Below, one piece after another: positions 37,049-46,431 of a DNA stretch of 64,000 nucleotides. Made by a program: the position numbers and the translations under genes. The notes beneath the pieces were generated by a model. That model did no database searches, was not told where the DNA came from, and saw only the letters and a program-made list of their open reading frames with translations. The number at the start of each line of letters is the position of its first letter. Within the stretch, counting starts at the first letter, position 1. The stretch is from the NCBI GenBank assembly GCA_964532425.1, contig CAZHIA010000006.1:1343-65342 (forward strand), in the 5' to 3' direction. Origin of the DNA: an uncultured Candidatus Saccharibacteria bacterium (GTDB lineage: Bacteria; Patescibacteriota; Doudnabacteria; UBA920).

Positions 37049-38992
37049 ATGCGTAATCCCTTTGAGGTCTACACATCCGTCACCCGCGGTAAGAATCCGC
37101 GGCCGCTCGACTGGGAGGAGTCAGCCTTGGATAGCCAGAGCTATGTCGAAGGGTTTTTCGACGATGACCGCACTCCGCCAGGCCTGGCATGGCTCTGGGC
37201 AATTTTAATCGTCACGTTTCTGATTGTCGGGGGCAAGGTCTTTTACCTCCAGGTCATTAAAGGGCCTGGCTTTCGTGTGCTTTCCGATAATAACCGCATC
37301 CGCAGCCAGACGATCCTGGCGCCGCGCGGACTCATTAAGGATCGCTACGGAGATGTGTTGGCGCAAAATACCGCCAGCTTCAATCTGGTAGCTATCCCAA
37401 CCGATTTACCGAAGACCGGCTGGGAGGATGAACTGAGGACGCTGGGACAGACCTTCGGTTTTGACCCGGCTGACGCGATTAGCCGGCTCTCAAACATCGG
37501 ACGCGGTTCTTTCGAACCGGTGATCATAAAGCAAGACCTAAGCGGGGAACAGAGCATCCTATTTGAAACCAATGCTTCAAAATTTATCGGTTTTTCCGTC
37601 CAGAAGATTCCTATTCGGGAATATTTGGAGCCGCAAGTCTTTTCGCATGCGCTCGGTTATCCTGGATTGATTTCGGCCAGCGAATTGCAGCAGGTTGACC
37701 GGAAGCAGTACGATACCGCCGACTTTATCGGCAAGACCGGAATCGAAGCACAGTATGAAAAATTCCTCCATGGCACGAATGGAGAGAATTTGATCGAGGT
37801 TGATGCTACCGGCAAGCTGCTTGATGTCATTGGGGAAAATTCTCCAAAGCCCGGTAATACGCTTATTCTGAATATCGACAAAGGCTTGCAGGAGACCCTC
37901 TACAAAGGTTTTAAAGAGGGGACTAAAGGTGCGGCTGTTGCTATTGATCCGCGCAACGGGGAAGTGCTGGCATTGGTCAGCGTACCGGGATTTGATAACA
38001 ACCAGTTTGCTCATGGGATCAAACAGGACGAATATCAGTCGCTTCTTTCCGACAAATCACTGCCGCTTTTCAACCGCTCGATTTCTGGCACGTATCCTCC
38101 CGGGTCGACCGTGAAGCCGGTGGTGGCGACTGCGGCCCTGCAGGAAGGCGTGATTACTGAAAAGACGGTTGTCAATGATCGTGGCGTGCTTGTTGTGCCT
38201 AACCAGTACAATCCTTCCATTAGTTACGATTTTCATGGCTGGAAACCCGGCGGGCTCGGACCGGTCACTGTCCGTTCGGCGATCGCTTTGAGCAGTGATA
38301 TTTTCTTTTATGCAACAGCCGGCGGAGCTCCGAACACGCAGATTAAGGACGGTCTTGGCGCCCAGCGCTTGGCTGACTGGTACAAAAAGTTCAATCTTGG
38401 ACAAGCTACCGGCATTGATCTCCAGGGGGAGAAGCCGGGGGTGGTGCCTGACCCGGCATGGAAAGCAAAGGCCTTTGCCTCGGATCCCATTATGAGCAAA
38501 TGGTATTTGGGCGATACGTACCATATTGGCATCGGGCAGGGAGACTTGCTCGTGACGCCGCTGCAGGTAGCGGAATGGACCGCAGCTATTGCCAACGGCG
38601 GTACGAACTTCAAGCCGCAACTGGCCAATAAAGTCATTGATAGCAATGGTAACACCATTTGGGAGAACAAGCCCCAGGTGCTGGTGAACCGGGTAGCGGA
38701 CGATTCTGTGGTTAAGATTGTTCGGGAAGGCATGCGCGAAACGGTGTTGTCCGGTACTGCGCGTCCTTTGAATACCTTGCCTATCTCTTCAGCAGGAAAA
38801 ACCGGCACTTCCCAGTTCGACGGGGCTGATCCGAGCCGGACCCATGCTTGGTTTACCTCTTTTGCCCCGTACGAACAGCCGCACATCGTCATTACGGTGC
38901 TGGTGGAGGCCGGAGGTGAAGGCAATGAAGCAGCCGAGCCAATCGTTAAAGAAGCGCTACAGTGGTGGGCTGAGAACAGGTATGGGAAATAA
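37049..38992 (+). CDS. mrdA: Penicillin-binding protein 2 (elongasome transpeptidase)
   Basis: 647 aa; N-terminal TM; SxxK PPGSTVKP, SxD, KTG(T) SAGKTGTSQ. Confidence 0.85.
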   Translation: MRNPFEVYTSVTRGKNPRPLDWEESALDSQSYVEGFFDDDRTPPGLAWLWAILIVTFLIVGGKVFYLQVIKGPGFRVLSDNNRIRSQTILAPRGLIKDRYGDVLAQNTASFNLVAIPTDLPKTGWEDELRTLGQTFGFDPADAISRLSNIGRGSFEPVIIKQDLSGEQSILFETNASKFIGFSVQKIPIREYLEPQVFSHALGYPGLISASELQQVDRKQYDTADFIGKTGIEAQYEKFLHGTNGENLIEVDATGKLLDVIGENSPKPGNTLILNIDKGLQETLYKGFKEGTKGAAVAIDPRNGEVLALVSVPGFDNNQFAHGIKQDEYQSLLSDKSLPLFNRSISGTYPPGSTVKPVVATAALQEGVITEKTVVNDRGVLVVPNQYNPSISYDFHGWKPGGLGPVTVRSAIALSSDIFFYATAGGAPNTQIKDGLGAQRLADWYKKFNLGQATGIDLQGEKPGVVPDPAWKAKAFASDPIMSKWYLGDTYHIGIGQGDLLVTPLQVAEWTAAIANGGTNFKPQLANKVIDSNGNTIWENKPQVLVNRVADDSVVKIVREGMRETVLSGTARPLNTLPISSAGKTGTSQFDGADPSRTHAWFTSFAPYEQPHIVITVLVEAGGEGNEAAEPIVKEALQWWAENRYGK

Positions 38993-39032
38993 ATTGATGA
39001 AATACCGAAGAAATGGTATTTTAAATGCAGAC

Positions 39033-39100
39033 AGTTGACATGTGACATTTAACCTTTGACATATATGGTCACATGTTACGTGTTAAAGGTTAAATGTTTT
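39033..39100. repeat. TGACATTTGACC-family hairpin element (copy R5)
   Basis: AGTTGACATGTGACATTTAACCTTTGACAT-ATATG-GTCACATGTTACGTGTTAAAGGTTAAATGTTTT; ends 4 nt before folD ATG. Confidence 0.65.
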
Positions 39101-39104
39101 TAAT

Positions 39105-39932
39105 ATGGTTTTACTTGACGGCCGCCAGATTGCACAACATATCCTGCAAGAAATCAAACGAGAGGTTGCCCATCTGCCGTTCCAGCCGGTGTTCTGCGAT
39201 GTTTTGGTTGGCGACGATCCTGTCTCATATTCTTATGTCAAAATAAAAGGCAAACGGGCCGAAGAGGCGGGTATTGAATTTCGCTTAGAGCATTTGCCGG
39301 CAGAGGTGGGCCAGGGCGCGCTTATAGAACGGATTCATCAGCTCAATCATGAACCGGGCATGTGTGGTATTATTGTGCAACTGCCGCTGCCGCCAGGCTT
39401 TGACCGGCAAGCGGTTCTTGATGCCATTGATCCTGCACTGGATGTCGATTGTTTAGGAGCCCCGGCAACAAAGCGATTCTTTCATGGAGACCCGGTGTTA
39501 ATGCCGCCCACTGCAGCTGCGGTTGCTGCAATTTTTCAGCAGCTGCCTGAGCAATTACGGAAGGGTCGTGTTGTTATTGTCGGTAAGGGGGTGCTTGTCG
39601 GTCGTCCGACTCAGCGGCTGCTGCAGTTGCAGGGTGTGCCTGTTCAACTAACTGATAATACCGATCCGGAGATGTTGGCAAAAGTGCGGGAGGCAGACGT
39701 GCTCATTACCGGAACCGGCCAGCCGAAATTGATCACGGGATCCATGATTAAGCCTGGCGCGGCGGTTATTGATGCTGGGACAGCGGAATCGGAAGGTGTC
39801 ATAGCCGGTGATGTCGATCGGGAGACAGTGGGTTCAGTTGCGGGATTTCTCACCCCAGTACCCGGCGGTGTTGGTCCGGTGACTGTCGCCGAGCTGCTCA
39901 AGAATATTCTACAAGTAGCACAAAACAAATAA
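39105..39932 (+). CDS. folD: Bifunctional methylenetetrahydrofolate dehydrogenase/cyclohydrolase
   Basis: 275 aa; PGGVGPVTV motif and NAD(P) Rossmann GKGVLVGRP. Confidence 0.85.
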   Translation: MVLLDGRQIAQHILQEIKREVAHLPFQPVFCDVLVGDDPVSYSYVKIKGKRAEEAGIEFRLEHLPAEVGQGALIERIHQLNHEPGMCGIIVQLPLPPGFDRQAVLDAIDPALDVDCLGAPATKRFFHGDPVLMPPTAAAVAAIFQQLPEQLRKGRVVIVGKGVLVGRPTQRLLQLQGVPVQLTDNTDPEMLAKVREADVLITGTGQPKLITGSMIKPGAAVIDAGTAESEGVIAGDVDRETVGSVAGFLTPVPGGVGPVTVAELLKNILQVAQNK

Positions 39933-39942
39933 CCAAATATTT

Positions 39943-40836
39943 ATGCCAGCCCCCTTTAAGCCGCATTCGTTCCGGATTGCATACTTTTCTAAAGTTTTTT
40001 GGTTTTGTGTCCGAACTATAAATAGCATTCTTGTTTTGTTGACTTTGCGCAGCAAGCGGAAGTTCTGGGGTATTGTCTATGACAGCGTGACCAAACAGCC
40101 GCTTGACCCGGCAATTGTCAAACTGGCGTACTTGGGCAGCAACGAAGTGGAAACTTGCGTAACGGATATGGAAGGCCATTACGGATTTTTGGCTCATCCA
40201 GGAAAATTTAAGTTGCTGGCTAAAAAAACCAATTATCTGTTCCCTTCACAGACCCTGAGCGGTGACAGCGATGGTATCTTTGACCACCTGTACCACGGAG
40301 AGTTCTTTGAGCTTAGGGGTGATTCTGAAGTTGTCGCACCGAACATCCCCATGGACCCGGTGGGGACTGACTGGAACCAGCAGGCAAAGATCAGTGTGGT
40401 GAATACTCACCCGTATCTGCACTCGTTGATTCGCCGTCTTATTGGCACCTTGTTTTGGTTTGGTTTCATTTTTGTCATGGTATTCTTTGTGGCTTATTTC
40501 CGCCTTCATGTGCTCTATTTGTGGGCTGCACTCGTGGTGTATATTATGCTGTTTCTGCTTGCATGGCTGTTGCCAGATGTGCGGCTGTGGGGAATAGTCT
40601 CGAATATCCCTGAAGGGGAGCGGGTTATTCTGGAGTTGCTCAGCCCCAGCATTCAAGGAATCACGCTCGGGAAAGCCGAGGTGCTGCCGGATGGAAAATA
40701 CCTCCTCAGGGCCAAGCCCGGGAGTTATTTGCTCAAGATTACTGGAATCCGGGGGGAGGATGTTACCGTGTATGGCCAACTGCCGGTCAAAATCCATGCG
40801 GAAGGCGTGGTGAACCAGGCAATTAAACTACAGTAG
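39943..40836 (+). CDS. Hypothetical membrane protein
   Basis: 297 aa; N-terminal TM, beta-rich domain, two C-proximal TM helices. Confidence 0.4.
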   Translation: MPAPFKPHSFRIAYFSKVFWFCVRTINSILVLLTLRSKRKFWGIVYDSVTKQPLDPAIVKLAYLGSNEVETCVTDMEGHYGFLAHPGKFKLLAKKTNYLFPSQTLSGDSDGIFDHLYHGEFFELRGDSEVVAPNIPMDPVGTDWNQQAKISVVNTHPYLHSLIRRLIGTLFWFGFIFVMVFFVAYFRLHVLYLWAALVVYIMLFLLAWLLPDVRLWGIVSNIPEGERVILELLSPSIQGITLGKAEVLPDGKYLLRAKPGSYLLKITGIRGEDVTVYGQLPVKIHAEGVVNQAIKLQ

Positions 40837-40878
40837 TTTTCGTGGTATACTTAGGAAAATCGTATAATTAGTATCTAT

Positions 40879-41289
40879 ATGCAACAAGAACAAAAAACCG
40901 TGCTGATCGTTGAGGACGACAATGACCTGCGCAATGTGCTCGTTGACCGCCTTTCCGGGTGGAATTATCAGGTTGTGCAGGCGGAAGACGGCGAAAAAGC
41001 GGTAGATGCGGTATTAAACCACAAGCCGCATTTGGTCCTCCTTGACCTGCTGCTGCCCAAATTGGACGGTTTTCAGGTCTTGGAAGCGGTCAGAAAGAAT
41101 CCTTCCAAGGAAATTGCTGATACGCGCATACTCGTCCTGAGTAATCTGTGGAGCGATAAGGATATTCTCCAGGCTAAGGCGCTCAAAGTGGACGAGTACT
41201 TTGTGAAGGCGAACACTAACCTGGAAGATGTCTTTGAGAAGATCCGCACGCTGTTGGCTGCCCCGAAGCCGGATACTGCCCAGGCGTAG
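40879..41289 (+). CDS. Orphan response-regulator receiver domain protein (CheY-like, no output domain)
   Basis: 136 aa; acidic pocket VEDD, phospho-acceptor Asp in LVLLDLLLP, conserved S (LVLSNL) and K; paralogue of 45987-46385. Confidence 0.75.
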   Translation: MQQEQKTVLIVEDDNDLRNVLVDRLSGWNYQVVQAEDGEKAVDAVLNHKPHLVLLDLLLPKLDGFQVLEAVRKNPSKEIADTRILVLSNLWSDKDILQAKALKVDEYFVKANTNLEDVFEKIRTLLAAPKPDTAQA

Positions 41290-41400
41290 ACTGTCCGGGC
41301 TAGGGGAAGGTATGGGTTTTGCTAAGTTTCCGTTAGGTTTTGGGACGGCATGTATATCCACTTGACTGTTTTTGCAAAACATCCTATAATCAGGAAGGTA

Positions 41401-41418
41401 AAGGCCTTCGGGCCTTTT
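41401..41418 (+). terminator. Short hairpin plus T-tract upstream of secE
   Basis: AAGGCC-TTCG-GGCCTTTT. Confidence 0.35.
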
Positions 41419-41517
41419 AAAAAAGCTTAATAGAGATCGCTGATACGCTGATGGCCGCAGATAATGCTGTTTGTTAAACAGTAATTTGTGATTATCTGCG
41501 CATCTGTGGAGAATTTT

Positions 41518-41700
41518 ATGAATATGTTTGGTTTTTTGAAGGAAGTCAGGACCGAACTGGTCAAAGTCGTATGGCCAAGCCGGCAGGATACCATCAGGTA
41601 CACTGCCACTGTGGTGTTGTTTAGCATCGGCGTAGCCGTGATTTTGGGCGCGGTCGATTACGGCTTGCTTAGGCTTTTTGAAAGAATTGTTGCCCGGTAA
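41518..41700 (+). CDS. secE: Preprotein translocase subunit SecE
   Basis: 60 aa; FLKEVRTELVKVVWPSRQDT then single TM; start ATG 41518 with GGAGA RBS; immediately upstream of nusG-rplK. Confidence 0.75.
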   Translation: MNMFGFLKEVRTELVKVVWPSRQDTIRYTATVVLFSIGVAVILGAVDYGLLRLFERIVAR

Positions 41701-41702
41701 GC

Positions 41703-42245
41703 ATGTTGCCACCAGGACATATCGCCGCAGGTTTTTTGACGGCAAAGGCTCTTTTGCATTTTTCTCATGCCAGTCTCACCGCAGCGCAACAAAATAATCT
41801 GCTCTGGTGGGGGATGTTCTTTGGATTCATACCTGACTGGGATACGTTCGTGACTTTCGCTCGCGAGAAAGCGTTCGTAGTGCGGAATCCGGAGAAGAAT
41901 GACCACAGGAATTATATAAGTCATGCGCCTGTTCTGTGGATGATAGCCGGACTGCTCGTGTATATACTCGCCAGTTCCGAATATTGGAAAATGTGGGGTC
42001 TGTTGTTGTGGCTTGGGAGTTGGAGTCATTTTCTGCTCGACAGTATCGAATATGGGATTATGTGGCTCTGGCCTTTTACCAAGAAGCGTTTTGCATTACG
42101 GGAGTCCGTGTCTATCAAGGTGAATATAAGTACGACAGGATTCTTTGGTTACTGGTTAGAATTTCTGAAAGCATATTCCAAGGTTGTCACATTTTATATT
42201 GAGTTTTTCGTCATTATTTTAGCAATCGTCATTTTTTTAAAATAA
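41703..42245 (+). CDS. Hypothetical polytopic membrane protein (possibly metal-dependent membrane hydrolase-like)
   Basis: 180 aa; His-rich N-terminus MLPPGHIAAGF and multiple TM helices; assignment weak. Confidence 0.4.
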   Translation: MLPPGHIAAGFLTAKALLHFSHASLTAAQQNNLLWWGMFFGFIPDWDTFVTFAREKAFVVRNPEKNDHRNYISHAPVLWMIAGLLVYILASSEYWKMWGLLLWLGSWSHFLLDSIEYGIMWLWPFTKKRFALRESVSIKVNISTTGFFGYWLEFLKAYSKVVTFYIEFFVIILAIVIFLK

Positions 42246-42341
42246 TATAATCCGAATGACCCAAATGCTCGCAATCCGAATGACCCGAATCGAACGGGCC
42301 CATTCGGGGTATTTGGATGCTTATTCGGAGGATTAGGATTA
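42246..42341. repeat. ATTCGG/CCGAAT-word imperfect palindrome (family P copy)
   Basis: ATAATCCGAATGACCCAAATGCTCGCAATCCGAATGACCCGAATCGAACGGG|CCCATTCGGGGTATTTGGATGCTTATTCGGAGGATTAGGATTAT. Confidence 0.5.
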
Positions 42342-42346
42342 TATCG

Positions 42347-42892
42347 ATGGCCCGACAACAAGTCACCGGAGAACGTCACTGGTACGTACTCCACACCTAT
42401 TCCGGATACGAAGATAGCGTTGCTTGGAACCTCAAGCAGCGTATTGAAAGCATGGGCATGCAGGATAAGATCTTCGACGCAATGGTTCCCAAGGAGAAGA
42501 AGATTAAGATCAATAATGGCAAGCGCGTAACCGTAGAAGAGAAGATATTCCCTGGTTATGTGCTCGTGGATATGATCGTAACCGACGATTCCTGGTATGT
42601 GGTGCGCAATACTCCCAACGTGACTGGGTTCGTGGGCAGCGGGACCATTCCGACCCCGATCTCAGACGAAGAGTGGAACTATATGCAAAAGCGCATGGGC
42701 ACCGAAGAGCCGAAGTTCAAAGTTGACCTGCAGATGGGCGAGCTGGTGCGCATTACGGATGGACCGTTTAAGGACTACGAAGGCAAGGTTGGCGAAGTTG
42801 ATGAAGCTCATGGCAAGGTTAAAGTTATGGTCACCATCTTCGGCCGCGAGACTCCGGTGGAGCTGGACTTCCTGCAGGTCAAGAAGATATAG
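42347..42892 (+). CDS. nusG: Transcription termination/antitermination factor NusG
   Basis: NGN domain WYVLHTYSGYE and C-terminal KOW GELVRITDGPFKDYEGKV. Confidence 0.85.
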   Translation: MARQQVTGERHWYVLHTYSGYEDSVAWNLKQRIESMGMQDKIFDAMVPKEKKIKINNGKRVTVEEKIFPGYVLVDMIVTDDSWYVVRNTPNVTGFVGSGTIPTPISDEEWNYMQKRMGTEEPKFKVDLQMGELVRITDGPFKDYEGKVGEVDEAHGKVKVMVTIFGRETPVELDFLQVKKI

Positions 42893-42938
42893 ATCGCTGA
42901 TACGCAGATTGAAAACAGATTCGCAGATGGGCAATGTA

Positions 42939-42958
42939 GGGGCGGCCATTGGCCGCCC
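42939..42958. repeat. GC-rich palindrome GGGGCGGCCATTGGCCGCCC (copy 1)
   Basis: Near-identical copy at 47470-47489. Confidence 0.4.
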
Positions 42959-43089
42959 GAGAGTTGCCGTCTTGTTTACACAACAAACGGTTTGAGATTT
43001 TATGTGATTTATCTTTGATTCATACCTCGCGCTTCTCGAGATATGAATTTTGGATAAAATATTAATCGGTTTAATTCGAATTTGTAGGT

Positions 43090-43113
43090 ATCTGTTCCGC
43101 CAGCTGGCGGATT
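43090..43113. repeat. 24-bp core ATCTGTTCCGCCAGCTGGCGGATT shared exactly with 27136-27159 (opposite orientation)
   Basis: Contains perfect palindrome CCGCCAGCTGGCGG; embedded in a rplK leader region rich in GTAGGTATCTGT/ATTCGGATTC words. Confidence 0.45.
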
Positions 43114-43140
43114 CGGATTCATCCGTAGATTTGTAAATTT

Positions 43141-43563
43141 ATGGCCAAGAAGATCAAGACAGTACTCAAACTCCAGCTTCCGGCCGGAAAGGCCACCCCG
43201 GCACCGCCGGTCGGTACGGCCCTCGGGCCCCACGGCGTCAACATCGCCGCATTCGTCAAGGAATTCAATGACAGGACTGCAGGCGGCGATATGACCATCC
43301 CGGTCGAAATGACCATCTTTGAAGATCGCTCCTTCAGCTTCATCTTAAAGACCCCGCCGGCTTCGAACCTGATTATGAAAGCCATCGGCTTGCAAAAAGG
43401 TTCAGCCAACCCGCTGATGAACAAGGTCGGCAAAATTACCGCCGCCCAGATCAAAGAGATTGCGGAGAAAAAGATGGTAGACCTCAATGCCAATGACCTG
43501 GCTGCTGCGGAAAAGATTATCCGCGGCACCTGCCGGAGCATGGGCGTAGAAGTAGTGGATTAA
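43141..43563 (+). CDS. rplK: 50S ribosomal protein L11
   Basis: [35 protein letters not shown] canonical L11. Confidence 0.9.
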   Translation: MAKKIKTVLKLQLPAGKATPAPPVGTALGPHGVNIAAFVKEFNDRTAGGDMTIPVEMTIFEDRSFSFILKTPPASNLIMKAIGLQKGSANPLMNKVGKITAAQIKEIAEKKMVDLNANDLAAAEKIIRGTCRSMGVEVVD

Positions 43564-43567
43564 TCGA

Positions 43568-43602
43568 CAAAACCAGCTGAGCTGAGGCTTAGCTGGTTTT
43601 TT
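43568..43602 (+). terminator. Intrinsic terminator after rplK
   Basis: AAAACCAGCT-GAGCTGAGGCTT-AGCTGGTTTTTT. Confidence 0.7.
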
Positions 43603-43627
43603 GTTGGAAACATGGTAAAATTAACTA

Positions 43628-43720
43628 AATGACAAAAATTAAAAAAATGACAAAAACGACGAAAATGAACTGTAGCTATTTTTGTTCACTCTTGTCAATT
43701 TTGTTCATTTTTGCTCATTA
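43628..43720. repeat. AT-rich imperfect palindrome (ATGACAAAAAT / ATTTTTGCTCAT arms)
   Basis: AAATGACAAAAATTAAAAAAATGACAAAAACGACGAAAATGAAC...TTTTTGTTCACTCTTGTCAATTTTGTTCATTTTTGCTCATT. Confidence 0.35.
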
Positions 43721-43725
43721 ATCAT

Positions 43726-44487
43726 ATGCCCGGACTTATAGTGTTTATCGTGTTCGTCTTTTTCTTCATTATCCTGCCCGGTTTTCGCGTGGTGCAGCAG
43801 TATGAAAAGGGGGCGGTGTTCTTCCTAGGTAAAATTACTGGGATTAAGGATCCCGGCCTGACCTGGATCTTCCCGTATTTTTCCTGGATGCGCAAAGTCG
43901 ATCTGCGCACGATTACGCTGCCGATTCCGGCACAGCGGATAATTACGAAAGATAACGTTTCCGTGGATGTCTCTGCCGTGGCCTATTACAAAGTAGTAGA
44001 TGTCACCAAGTCGATCGTCGCCATCGAGAACATTATGGCCGCGATCAATCAGCTGTCCCAGACCACTATGCGCAACATCGTAGGCAAGTTCCAGCTGGAT
44101 GAAATCCTCTCGGAGCGCGATGCGATCAATGTAGAGATTCGCACTACACTCGACCAGCGGACAGAGGAGTGGGGAGTGGTGGTCTCGGCAGTGGAGATTA
44201 AGGATATCGAACTGCCGGAGAACATGCAGCGCGCCATGGCCCGCCAAGCCGAAGCCGAGCGCGAAAAGCGTGCCAAGATCATTGCGGCTGAAGGCGAGCT
44301 GATTGCCAGCCAAAAATTGGGAGAGGCTGCCGATGTCATCGCTGCCCACCCGATCGCACTGCAGTTGAGGAACTTGCAGACAATGTCCGAGATTGCTATT
44401 GAAAAGAATTCGACTATCATCTTCCCGGCCCAGTTCATGAGCACGGTGAAGGACATACAGAGCTTCTTAGCGGCAGAAAAGAAATAA
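43726..44487 (+). CDS. SPFH/Band-7 (stomatin/HflK-like) membrane protein inserted between rplK and rplA
   Basis: N-terminal TM LIVFIVFVFFFIIL then SPFH block FRVVQQYEKGAVFFLGKITGIKDPGLTWIFPYF...; coiled-coil C-terminus. Confidence 0.75.
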   Translation: MPGLIVFIVFVFFFIILPGFRVVQQYEKGAVFFLGKITGIKDPGLTWIFPYFSWMRKVDLRTITLPIPAQRIITKDNVSVDVSAVAYYKVVDVTKSIVAIENIMAAINQLSQTTMRNIVGKFQLDEILSERDAINVEIRTTLDQRTEEWGVVVSAVEIKDIELPENMQRAMARQAEAEREKRAKIIAAEGELIASQKLGEAADVIAAHPIALQLRNLQTMSEIAIEKNSTIIFPAQFMSTVKDIQSFLAAEKK

Positions 44488-44519
44488 AAGCGGATGAGAT
44501 TACTTTTGTGAACAGCCAA

Positions 44520-44634
44520 TAATATTAATTCCTAATTCCCAATTCCTAATTTCCAATCAAAAACCCAAATGCAAAAATGACTTAATTTGGGCATTGGAAA
44601 TTTTATTGGGAATTAGATATTGGATATTGGAAAT
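44520..44634. repeat. TTCCAAT/ATTGGAA-word imperfect palindrome (family C)
   Basis: AATTCCTAATTCCCAATTCCTAATTTCCAAT ... CCCAAATGC-loop-GCATTTGGG ... GGAAATTTTATTGGGAATTAGATATTGGATATTGGAAATT. Confidence 0.5.
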
Positions 44635-44636
44635 TT

Positions 44637-44975
44637 ATGTCTTTAAAAAAAGCTTATCTCTACCTTGTCTCCGTCATCTCCCTCGTCATTATGGTGGTCG
44701 GCGCTATTCAGTTGCTCGATATGGCCCTTAAGACCTGGGTCTTCACCAAAGCGGATCAGGATTATTATTCCGCACCGTGCATGTCTGCCAAACCGGTTTC
44801 AGCCACCGGCACGCCGGTTGAATGCACTCCGGAAGAACGAGCTGCTCAAAAGCAACAGCAGGCTGACATGCGTACTGCCCAAAAACAGCGTCAGGCTTCC
44901 ACAGCCATTGCTATGATCATTGTGGCTACCCCAGTCTGGTTCTTCCACTGGAGGCTGGCCCGAAGGGAAGCGTAA
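44637..44975 (+). CDS. Small hypothetical membrane protein
   Basis: 112 aa; TM helices at both ends (LYLVSVISLVIMVVGAI; AIAMIIVATPVWFFHW). Confidence 0.4.
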   Translation: MSLKKAYLYLVSVISLVIMVVGAIQLLDMALKTWVFTKADQDYYSAPCMSAKPVSATGTPVECTPEERAAQKQQQADMRTAQKQRQASTAIAMIIVATPVWFFHWRLARREA

Positions 44976-45234
44976 AGTCAGTTTGTAGGTTGTGGTTTAT
45001 GGTTTGTAGTGAACATTCCCGTTGCTTGCGCAACGGGAATTTTACATGCATAGCTCCGTATCTATTCAGGCTACTAATTTCGCTGGGTGGTTCGGCCTGT
45101 CCTATGAAGTCTTTTTTGGGCCGCCTTGAGCCGTATTTGCCAAAATTGGCGGTTTTTGCTATAATCATTCCAACATTATTTTTTGTGGGACCTTGAGCTA
45201 AATGCAGGGGTTTGTACCACGAAAGGACAACTTT

Positions 45235-45918
45235 ATGCCGAAACTCGCCAAGCGGGTCAAAGCCAATAGTGAATTAGTGGAAAAAGATAAGCTCTATACG
45301 CCGGAAGAAGCCTTAGAGCTCGCCAAAAAGACCGCCAACACCAAGTTTGTCGGGTCTGTTGAAGTACATGTTCGCACCAATATTGATGCCAAAAAAACCG
45401 ACCAGGCTGTTCGCGGCACGGTTAATCTGCCCTTTGGAACCGGCAAGACTAAGAAAGTCGCGGCTTTTGTTACCGAGGCTAAAGAGAAAGAAGCGAGAGA
45501 TGCGGGAGCTATCGTGGTTGGTGGCGAAGAGCTGATTAAGCAGATCAAGGAGACCGAGAAGACCGATTTTGACGTAGCTGTTGCTGAACCGGCTATGATG
45601 CCCAAGCTGGCCCAGATCGCCAAGATTCTTGGTACGAGAGGCTTAATGCCGAACCCGAAGACTGGCACGGTCGGAGCGGATATCGGCCAGATCGTCAAGG
45701 AGATTGCCGGCGGTAAAGTCAGCTTTAAGAACGACGACTCCGGTAATGTCCACCAGATTATCGGCAAGAGCAGTTTTGAACCGGCCCAGTTGTTGGAGAA
45801 TCTGAAAGCTTTCTACCAGGCGGTCTTACAGAGCAAGCCTGCTACTGTCAAAGGCCAGTACATTTCCGGAATTACGCTCAATGCCACTATGGGCCCTGGT
45901 ATTAAGGTGAGAATGTAG
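45235..45918 (+). CDS. rplA: 50S ribosomal protein L1
   Basis: Start ATG 45235 (MPKLAKRVK...); canonical L1 sequence. Confidence 0.9.
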   Translation: MPKLAKRVKANSELVEKDKLYTPEEALELAKKTANTKFVGSVEVHVRTNIDAKKTDQAVRGTVNLPFGTGKTKKVAAFVTEAKEKEARDAGAIVVGGEELIKQIKETEKTDFDVAVAEPAMMPKLAQIAKILGTRGLMPNPKTGTVGADIGQIVKEIAGGKVSFKNDDSGNVHQIIGKSSFEPAQLLENLKAFYQAVLQSKPATVKGQYISGITLNATMGPGIKVRM

Positions 45919-45986
45919 CCCTCAATACCGAATATTCAGCCTGCTTAACTCTAAATCAAAAATATCAAAAATTCATTTGCAAAGAC

Positions 45987-46385
45987 ATGGCTGATTTTAC
46001 GAAAAAAGTTTTAGTAGTTGAGGATGACGCTACTCTACAGAGCGTCTTCATTGACCAGATCTCGAAAGATTTTTCCACCTTGGATGCCGCTGATGGTGAA
46101 ATCGCATGGCAGAAAATTTTAGACCATACGCCTGATCTGATCGTGCTGGACCTCATGATCCCCATGGTCAATGGGTTTGAACTTTTGGAACGAATCCGTA
46201 ATCACGATAACCCAAAAGTGGCCAATGTCCCGATCCTGGTCGTCAGTAACCTGGCCAGTACCGAAAGCATTCAGCGTGCCCAGAAATTTCACCTCGTAGA
46301 CTACATTATTAAGTCGACCATGAGCGTGGAAGGCGTGGTTAAAAAGGTCTTGTCCGTGCTCGAGCCTGAAAAAGAAGTCAAATAG
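45987..46385 (+). CDS. Orphan response-regulator receiver domain protein (paralogue of 40879-41289)
   Basis: 132 aa; VVEDD, phospho-acceptor Asp in LIVLDLMIP, ILVVSNL, K in YIIKS. Confidence 0.75.
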   Translation: MADFTKKVLVVEDDATLQSVFIDQISKDFSTLDAADGEIAWQKILDHTPDLIVLDLMIPMVNGFELLERIRNHDNPKVANVPILVVSNLASTESIQRAQKFHLVDYIIKSTMSVEGVVKKVLSVLEPEKEVK

Positions 46386-46389
46386 CAAT

Positions 46390-46429
46390 AAAACGTCCCA
46401 GCTCCCCGAATAGGGGCTGGGACGTTTTT
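46390..46429. terminator. Bidirectional intrinsic terminator between convergent genes
   Basis: AAAACGTCCCAGC-TCCCCGAATAGGGG-GCTGGGACGTTTTT. Confidence 0.7.
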
Positions 46430-46431
46430 GA

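Noticed and set aside
41290-41517. Expected tRNA-Trp upstream of secE, as in many bacteria
   Set aside because: No cloverleaf-compatible sequence is present. The region contains only a short hairpin and AT-rich sequence.
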